A DNA stretch of 64,000 nucleotides, from assembly GCA_964016885.1 (NCBI GenBank), contig OZ024740.1, positions 34,968,001-35,032,000 on the forward strand, read 5' to 3'. The DNA is from Eledone cirrhosa (taxonomy: Eukaryota). Below are positions 51,301 to 64,000 of the stretch, one piece after another. Below the pieces are notes generated by a model that saw only the letters and a list, made by a program, of their open reading frames with translations, was not told the DNA's origin and did no database searches. Made by a program: the position numbers and the translations under genes. Numbering within the stretch: the first letter of the stretch is position 1; each line of letters begins with the position of its first letter.

Positions 51301-54300
51301 GTACATTTGTAGTTATATATTGTACATCAGCAGTTAGATATTGTTGTACATCTGTAGTTATATATTGTCGTACATCTATAGTTATATATAGTCGTACAAC
51401 TATACTTATATATTGTATATCTGTAGTTATATATTGTTGTACATCTGTAGTTATATATTGTTGTACATCTGTAGTTATATATTGTCGTACATCTGTAGTT
51501 ATATATTGTACATCTGTAGTTATATATTGTACATATGTAGTTATATATTGTTGTACATTTGCAGTTATATATTGTCGTACATCTGTAGTTATATATTGTA
51601 CATCTGTAGTTATATATTGTCGAACATCTGTAGTTATATATTGTACATCTGTAGTTACATATTGTCGTACATCTGTAGTTATATATTGTAATCTGTAGTT
51701 ATATATTGTCGTACATCTGTAGTTTTATATTGTCGTACATCTGTAATTATATATGGTCGTACAACTGTAGTTATATATTGTACATCTGTAGTTATATATT
51801 TTACATCTGTAATTAGATATTGTTGTACATCTATAGTTATATATTGTCGTACATCTGTAGTTAAATATTGTACATCTGTAGTTATGTATTGTTGTACATC
51901 TGTAGTTATATATTGTCGTACATCTATAGTTATATATTGTCGTACAAATATACTTATATATTGTACATCTGTAGTTATATATTGTTGTACACCTTTAGTT
52001 ATATATTGTCGTACTTCTGTAGTTATATATTATCGTACAACTGTAGTTATATATTGTACATCTGTAGTTTTATATTGTACATCTGTACTTATATATTGTT
52101 GTTCATGTGTAGTTATATATTGTCGTACATCTGTAGTTATATATTATTGTACATCTGTAGTTATTTATTTTTGTACATCTGTAGTTATATATTGTCGTAC
52201 ATCTATGCTTATATATTGTACATCTGTAGTTATATATTTTCGAACATCTATAGTTATATATTGTTGTACATGTGTAATTATATATTGTTGTACAATATGT
52301 AGTTATATATTGTAGTTATATATCGTAGTTATATATCGTACATCTGTAGTTATATATTGTCGTACAACTGTAGTTATATATTGTACAGCTGTAGTTATAT
52401 ATTGTCGTACAACTATGGTCATATATTGTCGTACATCTGTAATTATATATTGTACATCTGTAGTTATATATTGTTGTACATATGTAGTTATATATTGTCG
52501 TACATCTGTAGTTATATATTGTACATCTGTAGTTACATATTGTCGTACATCTGTAGTTATATATTGTACATCTGTATTTATATATATTGTACATCTGTAG
52601 TTATATATTGTCGTAGATCTGTAGTTATATATGCTCGTACAACTGTAGTTATATATTGTACAACTGTAGTTATATATTGTACACTTGTAGTTAGATATTA
52701 TTGTACATCTATAGATAAATATTGTTGTACATCTATTGTTAAATATTGTCATACATCTGAAGTTATATATTGTCGTACAACTGTAGTTATATATTGTTCA
52801 TCTGTAGTTATATATTGTTGTACATCTGTAGTTATATATTGTACATCTGTAGTTATATATTGTTGTACATCTGTAGTTATATATTGTCGTAAATCTGTAG
52901 TTATATATTATTGTACATCTGTAGTTATATATTGTTGTACATCTGTAGTTATATATTGTGCATCTGTAGTTATATATTGTCGAACATCTGTAGTTATATA
53001 TTGTTGTATATGTGTAGTTATATAGTGTTGTACAACTGTAGTTTTATATTGTACATCTGTAGTTATATATTGTCGTACATCTATAGTTATATATTATCGT
53101 ACAACTATACTTATATATTGTACATCTGTTGTTATATATTGTTGTACACCTGTAGTTATATATTGTCGTACATCTGTAGTTATATATTATCGTAACATCT
53201 GTAGTTATATTTTGTACATCTGCACTTTTATATTGTACATCTGTAGTTATATATTGTTGTACATTTGTAGTTATATATTGTTGTTCATGTGTAGTTATAT
53301 ATTGTCGTACATCTGTAGTTATATATCGTCGTACATCTGTAGTTATATATTGTTCTACAGCTGTAGTTATATATTGTTGTACATCTGTAGTTATATATTG
53401 TACATCTGTAGTTATATATTGTTGTACATCTGTAGTTATATATTGTCGAACATCTGTAGTTATATATTGTGCATCTGTAGTTATAGATTGTCGAACATCT
53501 GTAGTTATATATTGTTGTATATGTGTAGTTATATATTGTTGTACAACTGTAGTTATATATTGTACATCCGTAGTTAAATATTGTTGTACATCTATAGTTA
53601 TATATTGTCGTACAACTATACTTATATATTGTACATCTATTGTTATATATTGTTGTACACCTGTAGTTATATATTGTCGTACATATGTAGTTATATATTA
53701 TCGTACAACTGTAGTTATATATTGTACATCTGTACTTTTATATTGTACATCTCTAGTTATATATTGTTGTACATCTGTAGTTATATATTGTTGTTCTTGT
53801 ATAGTTATATATTGTCGTACATCTGTAGTTATATATTGTCGTACAACTGTAGTTATATATTGTACACCTGTAGTTAGATATTGTTGAACATCCATTGTTA
53901 AATATTGTCATACATCTGTAATTATATACTGTCGTACAACTGTAGTTATATATTGTTGAACATCCATTGTTAAATATTGTCATACATCTGTAATTATATA
54001 CTGTCGTACAACTGTAATTATATATTGATCATCTGTAGTTATATATTGTACATCTGTAGTTATATATTGTTGTACATCTGTAGTTATATATTGTACATCT
54101 GTAGTTATATATCGTTGTACATCTGTAGTTTATATATTGTACATCTGTAGTTATATATTGTTGTACATCTGTAGTTTATATATTGTCGTACATCTGTAGT
54201 TATATATTATTGTACATCTGTAGTTATATATTGTTGTACATCTGTAGTTATATATTGTCGAACATCTGTAGTTATATATTGTGCATCTGTAGTTATATAT

Positions 54301-57300
54301 TGTCGAACAACTGTAGTTATATATTGTTGTATATGTGTAGTTATATATTGTTGTAAAACTGTAGTTATATATTGTACATCTGTAGTTATATATTGTACAT
54401 CCGTAATTAGATATTGTTGTACATCTGTAGTTATATATTGTCGTACATCTGTGGTCATATATTGTACATCTGTAGTTATATATTTTCGAACATCTATAGT
54501 TATATATTGTTGTACATGTTTATTTATATATTGTTGTACAACTGTAGTTATATATTGTACATCTGTAGTTATATATTGTACATCTGTAGTTATATATTGT
54601 ACACCTGTAGTTATATATTGTCGTACAACTGTAGTTATATATTGTACATGTGTAGTTATATATTGTACATCTGTAGTTATATATTGTCGTACACCTGTAG
54701 TTATATATGGTCGTACAACTGTAGTTATATATTGTACAACTGTAGTTATATATTGTACACCTGTAGTTTGATATTGTTGTACATCTATTGTTAAATATTT
54801 TCATACATCTGTAGTTATATATTGTCGAACATCTGTAGTTATATATTGTTCATCTGCAGTTATATAATGTCGAACATCTGTAGTTATATATTGTTGTATA
54901 TGTGTAGTTATATATTGTTGTACAACTGTAGTTATATATTGTCGAACATCTGTAGTTATATATTGTTCATCTGTAGTTATATAATGTCGAACATCTGTAG
55001 TTATATATTGTCGTACATCTGTAGTTATATATTATCGTACAACTGTAGTTATATATTGTACATCTGTAGTTATATATTGTTGTACATCTGTAGTTATATA
55101 TATTGTTGTACATCTGTAGTTATATATTGTTGTTCATGTGTAGTTATATATTGTCGTACATCTGTAGTTATATATTGTCGTACATCTGTAGTTATATATT
55201 GTTGTACATCTGTAGTTATTTATTTTTGTACATCTGTAGTTATATATTGTCGTATATCTGTGGTTATATTTTGTACATCTGTAGTTATATATTTTCGAAC
55301 ATCTATAGTTATATATTGTTGTACAACTGTAGTTATATATTGTACATCTGTAGTTATATATTGTCGTGCAACTCTAGTTATATATTGTACATCTGTAGTT
55401 ATATATTGTACATCTGTAGTTATATATTGTACATCTGTAGTTATATATCGTACATCTGTAGTTATATATTGTGCATCTGTAGTTATAGATTGTCGAACAT
55501 CTGTAGTTATATATTGTTGTATATGTGTAGTTATATATTGTTGTACAACTGTAGTTATATATTGTACATCCGTAGTTATATATTGTTGTACATCTGTAGT
55601 TATATATTGTCGTACATCTATAGTTATATATTGTCGTACAACTATACTTATATATCGTACATCTGTTGTTATATATTGTTGTACACCTGTAGTTATATAT
55701 TGTCGTACATCTGCAGTTATATATTATCGTACAACTGTAGTTATATATTGTACATCTGTACTTTTATATTGTACATCTCTAGTTATATATTGTTGTACAT
55801 CTGTAGTTATATATTGTACATCTGTAGTTATATATCGTTGTACATCTGTAGTTTATATATTGTACATCTGTAGTTATATATTGTTGTACATCTGTAGTTT
55901 ATATATTGTCGTACATCTGTAGTTATATATTATTGTACATCTGTAGTTATATATTGTTGTACATCTGTAGTTATATATTGTCGAACATCTGTAGTTATAT
56001 ATTGTGCATCTGTAGTTATATATTGTCGAACAACTGTAGTTATATATTGTTGTATATGTGTAGTTATATATTGTTGTAAAACTGTAGTTATATATTGTAC
56101 ATCTGTAGTTATATATTGTACATCCGTAATTAGATATTGTTGTACATCTGTAATTATATATTGTCGTACATCTATAGTTATATATTGTCGTAAAACTATA
56201 CTCATATATTGTACATCTGTAGTTATATATTGTTGTACACCTTTAGTTATATATTGTCGTACATCTGTAGTTATATATTATCGTACAACTGTAGTTATAT
56301 ATTGTACATCTGTAGTTTTTTATTGTCCACCTGTAGTTATATATTGTTGTACATCTTTAGTTATATATTGTTGTTCATGTGTAGTTATATATTGTCGTAC
56401 ATCTGTAGTTCTATATTGTCGTACATCTGTAGTTATATATTGTTGTACATCTGTAGTTATTTATTTTTGTACATCTGTAGTTATATATTGTCGTACATCT
56501 GTGGGTATATATTGTACATCTGTAGTTATATATTGTACACCTGTAGTTATATATTGTCTTACAACTGTAGTTATATATTGTACATCTGTAGTTATATATT
56601 GTACATCTGTAGTTATATATTGTAGATCTGTAGTTATATATCGTACATCTGTAGTTATATATTGTCGTACAACTGTAGCTATATATTGTACAGCTGTAGT
56701 TATATATTGTCGTACATCTATAGTCATATATTGTCGTACATCTGTAGTTATATATTGTACATCTGTAGTTATATATTGTTGTACATATGTAGTTATATAT
56801 TGTCGTACGTCTGTAGTTATATATTGTACATCTGTAGTTACATATTGTCGTACATCTGTAGTTATATATTGTACATCTGTATTTATATATATTGTACATC
56901 TGTAGTTATATATTGTCGTAGATCTGTAGTTATATATGGTCGTACAACTGTAGTTATATATTGTACAACTGTAGTTATATATTGTACACTTGTAGTTAGA
57001 TATTATTGTACATCTATAGATAAATATTGTTGTACATCTATTGTTAAATATTGTCATACATCTGAAGTTATATATTGTCGTACAACTGTAGTTATATATT
57101 GTTCATCTGGAGTTATATATTGTACATCTGTAGTTATATATTGTTGTACATCTGTAGTTATATATTGTACATCTGTAGTTATATATTGTTGTACATCTGT
57201 AGTTATATATTGTGCATCTGTAGTTATATATTGTCGAACATCTGTAGTTATATATTGTTGTATATGTGTAGTTATATAGTGTTGTACAACTGTAGTTATA

Positions 57301-60300
57301 TATTGTAAATCTGTAGTTATATATTGTACATCCGTAGTTATATATTGTTCTACATCTGTAGTTATATATTGTCGTACATCTATAGTTATATATTGTCGTA
57401 CAACTATACTTATATATTGTACATCTGTTGTTATATATTGTTGTACACCTGTAGTTATATATTGTCGTACATCTGTAGTTATATATTATCGTAACATCTG
57501 TAGTTATATTTTGTACATCTGTACTTTTATATCGTACATCTGTAGTAATATATTGTTGTACATCTGTAGTTATATATTGTTGTTCATGTGTAGTTATATA
57601 TTGTCGTACATCTGTAGTTATATATCGTCGTACATCAGTAGTTATATATCGTTTTACATCTGTAGTTATTTATTTTTGTACATCTGTAGTTATATATTGT
57701 ACATCTGTAGTTATATATTTTCGAACATCTATAGTTACATATTGTTGTACATGTGTATTTATATATTGTCGTACAACTGTAGTTATATATTGTACATCTG
57801 TAGTTATATATTGTACATCTGTAGTTATATATTGTACACCTGTAGTTATATATTGTCGTACATCAGTAGTTATATATGGTCGTACATCTGTAGTTTTATA
57901 TTGTCGTACATCTGTAATTATATATGGTCGTACAACTGTAGTTATATATTGTACATCTGTAGTTATATATTTTACATCTGTAATTAGATATTGTTGTACA
58001 TCTATAGTTATATATTGTCGTACATCTGTAGTTAAATATTGTACATCTGTAGTTATGTATTGTTGTACATCTGTAGTTATATATTGTCGTACATCTATAG
58101 TTATATATTGTCGTACAAATATACTTATATATTGTACATCTGTAGTTATATATTGTTGTACACCTTTAGTTATATATTGTCGTACTTCTGTAGTTATATA
58201 TTATCGTACAACTGTAGTTATATATTGTACATCTGTAGTTTTATATTGTACATCTGTACTTATATATTGTTGTTCATGTGTAGTTATATATTGTCGTACA
58301 TCTGTAGTTATATATTATTGTACATCTGTAGTTATTTATTTTTGTACATCTGTAGTTATATATTGTCGTACATCTATGCTTATATATTGTACATCTGTAG
58401 TTATATATTTTCGAACATCTATAGTTATATATTGTTGTACATGTGTAATTATATATTGTTGTACAATATGTAGTTATATATTGTAGTTATATATCGTAGT
58501 TATATATCGTACATCTGTAGTTATATATTGTCGTACAACTGTAGTTATATATTGTACAGCTGTAGTTATATATTGTCGTACAACTGTAGTTATATATTGT
58601 TCATCTGTAGTTATATATTGTACATCTGTAGTTATATATTGTTGTACATCTGTAGTTATATATTGTACATCTGTAGTTATATATTGTTGTACATCTGTAG
58701 TTATATATTGTGCATCTGTAGTTATATATTGTCGAACATCTGTAGTTATATATTGTTGTATATGTGTAGTTATATAGTGTTGTACAACTGTAGTTATATA
58801 TTGTAAATCTGTAGTTATATATTGTACATCCGTAGTTATATATTGTTCTACATCTGTAGTTATATATTGTCGTACATCTATAGTTATATATTGTCGTACA
58901 ACTATACTTATATATTGTACATCTGTTGTTATATATTGTTGTACACCTGTAGTTATATATTGTCGTACATCTGTAGTTATATATTATCGTAACATCTGTA
59001 GTTATATTTTGTACATCTGTACTTTTATATTGTACATCTGTAGTAATATATTGTTGTACATCTGTAGTTATATATTGTTGTTCATGTGTAGTTATATATT
59101 GTCGTATATCTGTAGTTATATATCGTCGTACATCAGTAGTTATATATCGTTTTACATCTGTAGTTATTTATTTTTGTACATCTGTAGTTATATATTGTAC
59201 ATCTGTAGTTATATATTTTCGAACATCTATAGTTACATATTGTTGTACATGTGTATTTATATATTGTCGTACAACTGTAGTTATATATTGTACATCTGTA
59301 GTTATATATTGTACATCTGTAGTTATATATTGTACACCTGTAGTTATATATGGTCGTACATCTGTAGTTTTATATTGTCGTACATCTGTAATTATATATG
59401 GTCGTACAACTGTAGTTATATATTGTACATCTGTAGTTATATATTTTACATCTGTAATTAGATATTGTTGTACATCTATAGTTATATATTGTCGTACATC
59501 TGTAGTTAAATATTGTACATCTGTAGTTATGTATTGTTGTACATCTGCAGTTATATATTGTCGTACATCTATAGTTATATATTGTCGTACAAATATACTT
59601 ATATATTGTACATTTGTAGTTATATATTGTTGTACACCTTTAGTTATATATTGTCGTACTTCTGTAGTTATATATTATCGTACAACTGTAGTTATATATT
59701 GTACGTCTGTAGTTTTATATTGTACATCTGTACTTATATATTGTTGTTCATGTGTAGTTATATATTGTCGTACATCTGTAGTTATATATTATTGTACATC
59801 TGTAGTTATTTATTTTTGTACATCTGTAGTTATATATTGTCGTACATCTATGCTTATATATTGTACATCTGTAGTTATATATTTTCGAACATCTATAGTT
59901 ATATATTGTTGTACATGTGTAATTATATATTGTTGTACAATATGTAGTTATATATTGTAGTTATATATCGTAGTTATATATCGTACATCTGTAGTTATAT
60001 ATTGTCGTACAACTGTAGTTATATATTGTACAGCTGTAGTTATATATTGTCGTACAACTATGGTCATATATTCTCGTACATCTGTAGTTATATATTGTAC
60101 ATCTGTAGTTATATATTGTTGTACATATGTAGTTATATATTGTCGTACATCTGTAGTTATATATTGTACATCTGTAGTTACATATTGTCGTACATCTGTA
60201 GTTATATATTGTACATCTGTATTTATATATATTGTACATCTGTAGTTATATATTATCGTAGATCTGTAGTTATATATGCTCGTACAACTGTAGTTATATA

Positions 60301-63300
60301 TTGTACAACTGTAGTTATATATTGTACACTTGTAGTTAGATATTATTGTACATCTATAGATAAATATTGTTGTACATCTATTGTTAAACATTGTCATACA
60401 TCTGAAGTTATATATTGTCGTACAACTGTAGTTATATATTGTTCATCTGTAGTTATATATTGTACATCTGTAGTTATATATTGTTGTACATCTGTAGTTA
60501 TATATTGTACATCTGTAGTTATATATTGTTGTACATCTGTAGTTATATATTGTCTTAAATCTGTAGTTATATATTATTGTACATCTGTAGTTATATATTG
60601 TTGTACATCTGTAGTTATATATTGTGCATCTGTAGTTATATATTGTCGAACATCTGTAGTTATATATTGTTGTATATGTGTAGTTATATAGTGTTGTACA
60701 ACTGTAGTTATATATTGTACATCTGTAGTTATATATTGTACATCTGTAGTTATATATTGTTGTACATATGTAGTTATATATTGTCGTACATCTGTAGTTA
60801 TATATTGTACATCTGTAGTTACATATTGTCGTACATCTGTAGTTATATATTGTACATCTGTATTTATATATATTGTACATCTGTAGTTATATATTATCGT
60901 AGATCTGTAGTTATATATGCTCGTACAACTGTAGTTATATATTGTACAACTGTAGTTATATATTGTACACTTGTAGTTAGATATTATTGTACATCTATAG
61001 ATAAATATTGTTGTACATCTATTGTTAAACATTGTCATACATCTGAAGTTATATATTGTCGTACAACTGTAGTTATATATTGTTCATCTGTAGTTATATA
61101 TTGTACATCTGTAGTTATATATTGTTGTACATCTGTAGTTATATATTGTACATCTGTAGTTATATATTGTTGTACATCTGTAGTTATATATTGTCTTAAA
61201 TCTGTAGTTATATATTATTGTACATCTGTAGTTATATATTGTTGTACATCTGTAGTTATATATTGTGCATCTGTAGTTATATATTGTCGAACATCTGTAG
61301 TTATATATTGTTGTATATGTGTAGTTATATAGTGTTGTACAACTGTAGTTATATATTGTACATCTGTAGTTATATATTGTACATCCGTAGTTATATATTG
61401 TTGTACATCTGTAGTTATATATTGTCGTACATCTATAGTTATATATTGTCGTACAACTATACTTATATATTGTACATCTGTTGTTATATATTGTTGTACA
61501 CCTGTAGTTATATATTGTCGTACATCTGTAGTTATATATTATCGTAACATCTGTAGTTATATTTTGTACATCTGCACTTTTATATTGTACATCTGTAGTT
61601 ATATATTGTTGTACATCTGTAGTTATATATTGTTGTTCATGTGTAGTTATATATTGTCGTACATCTGTAGTTATATATCGTCGTACATCTGTAGTTATAT
61701 ATTGTTCTACAGCTGTAGTTATATATTGTTGTACATCTGTAGTTATATATTGTACATCTGTAGTTATATATTGTTGTACATCTGTAGTTATATATTGTCG
61801 AACATCTGTAGTTATATATTGTGCATCTGTAGTTATAGATTGTCGAACATCTGTAGTTATATATTGTTGTATATGTGTAGTTATATATTGTTGTACAACT
61901 GTAGTTATATATTGTACATCCGTAGTTAAATATTGTTGTACATCTGTAGTTATATATTGTCGTACATCTATAGTTATATATTGTCGTACAACTATACTTA
62001 TATATTGTGCATCTATTGTTATATATTGTTGTACACCTGTAGTTATATATTGTCGTACATATGTAGTTATATATTATCGTACAACTGTAGTTATATATTG
62101 TACATCTGTACTTTTATATTGTACATCTCTAGTTATATATTGTTGTACATCTGTAGTTATATATTGTTGTTCTTGTATAGTTATATATTGTCGTACATCT
62201 GTAGTTATATATTGTCGTACAACTGTAGTTATATATTGTACACCTGTAGTTAGATATTGTTGAACATCCATTGTTAAATATTGTCATACATCTGTAATTA
62301 TATACTGTCGTACAACTGTAGTTATATATTGTTGAACATCCATTGTTAAATATTGTCATACATCTGTAATTATATACTGTCGTACAACTGTAATTATATA
62401 TTGTTCATCTGTAGTTATATATTGTACATCTGTAGTTATATATTGTTGTACATCTGTAGTTATATATTGTACATCTGTAGTTATATATCGTTGTACATCT
62501 GTAGTTTATATATTGTACATCTGTAGTTATATATTGTTGTACATCTGTAGTTTATATATTGTCGTACATCTGTAGTTATATATTATTGTACATCTGTAGT
62601 TATATATTGTTGTACATCTGTAGTTATATATTGTCGAACATCTGTAGTTATATATTGTGCATCTATAGTTATATATTGTCGAACAACTGTAGTTATATAT
62701 TGTTGTATATGTGTAGTTATATATTGTTGTAAAACTGTAGTTATATATTGTACATCTGTAGTTATATATTGTACATCCGTAATTAGATATTGTTGTACAT
62801 CTGTAGTTATATATTGTCGTACATCTGTGGTCATATATTGTACATCTGTAGTTATATATTTTCGAACATCTATAGTTATATATTGTTGTACATGTTTATT
62901 TATATATTGTTGTACAACTGTAGTTATATATTGTACATCTGTAGTTATATATTGTACATCTGTAGTTATATATTGTACACCTGTAGTTATATATTGTCGT
63001 ACAACTGTAGTTATATATTGTACATGTGTAGTTATATATTGTACATCTGTAGTTATATATTGTCGTACACCTGTAGTTATATATGGTCGTACAACTGTAG
63101 TTATATATTGTACAACTGTAGTTATATATTGTACACCTGTAGTTTGATATTGTTGTACATCTATTGTTAAATATTTTCATACATCTGTAGTTATATATTG
63201 TCGAACATCTGTAGTTATATATTGTTCATCTGCAGTTATATAATGTCGAACATCTGTAGTTATATATTGTTGTATATGTGTAGTTATATTTTGTTGTACA

Positions 63301-64000
63301 ACTGTAGTTATATATTGTCGAACATCTGTAGTTATATATTGTTCATCTGTAGTTATATAATGTCGAACATCTGTAGTTATATATTGTCGTACATCTGTAG
63401 TTATATATTATCGTACAACTGTAGTTATATATTGTTGTACATCTGTAGTTATTTATTTTTGTACATCTGTAGTTATATATTGTTGTTCATGTGTAGTTAT
63501 ATATTGTCCTACATCTGTAGTTATATATTGTCGTACATCTGTAGTTATATATTGTTGTACATCTGTAGTTATTTATTTTTGTACATCTGTTTTTATATAT
63601 TGTCGTATATCTGTGGTTATATATTGTACATCTGTAGTTATATATTTTCGAACATCTATAGTTATATATTGTTGTACAACTGTAGTTATATATTGTACAT
63701 CTGTAGTTATATATTGTCGTGCAACTCTAGTTATATATTGTACATCTGTAGTTATATATTGCACATCTGTAGTTATATATTGTACATCTGTAGTTATATA
63801 TCGTACATCTGTAGTTATATATTGTCGTACAACTGTAGTTATATATTGTTGTACATCTGTAGTTATATATTGTACATCTGTAGTTATATATTGTTGTACA
63901 TCTGTAGTTATATATTGTCGAACATCTGTAGTTATATATTGTCCATCTGTAGTTATAGATTGTCGAACATCTGTAGTTATATATTGTTGTATATGTGTAG
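45349..64000. repeat. Satellite array B: interspersed 21-bp (TACATCTGTAGTTATATATTG) and 24-bp (+TTG or +TCG) monomers
   Basis: Continuous tandem array to the window end, degenerate over its first ~150 bp, with kb-scale block duplications after ~51.7 kb. Confidence 0.98.

Noticed and set aside
45215-63764. Dozens of ORFs rich in YICSYIL / CTSVVIY / TTDVQYI
   Set aside because: By-products of 21/24-bp monomers. They occur on both strands and several frames, often with non-ATG starts, and have no domain content.

Overview
AT-rich animal genomic DNA. The SINE and (GAT)n retroposon tail resemble octopus repeats, so a cephalopod source is likely (inference). About 85% of the window is two satellite arrays: a 28-bp satellite (1-~40787, with higher-order periods of 2099, 6774 and 2772 bp) and a mixed 21/24-bp satellite (~45349-64000). 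The 28-bp array is interrupted by an apparently intact CR1-type LINE (PHD/RRM ORF1; APE-RT ORF2), a truncated 3'-UTR copy of the same LINE and a SINE with an 11-bp TSD. LINE ORF2 has no usable ATG and is joined to ORF1 by a canonical G_GGA_AAC -1 slippery site, suggesting programmed frameshifting. Between the arrays lies a single 125-bp exon of a P-glycoprotein (ABCB1-like) gene that the ORF track does not call on the + strand, so both satellites probably sit inside giant introns. The 4.5-kb island also holds two CRE-type retrotransposon relics, SINEs, a pogo-like MITE and two abutting palindromes that look like an inverted re-insertion of a circularised local segment. The two satellites share a core motif in opposite orientation on either side of the exon.
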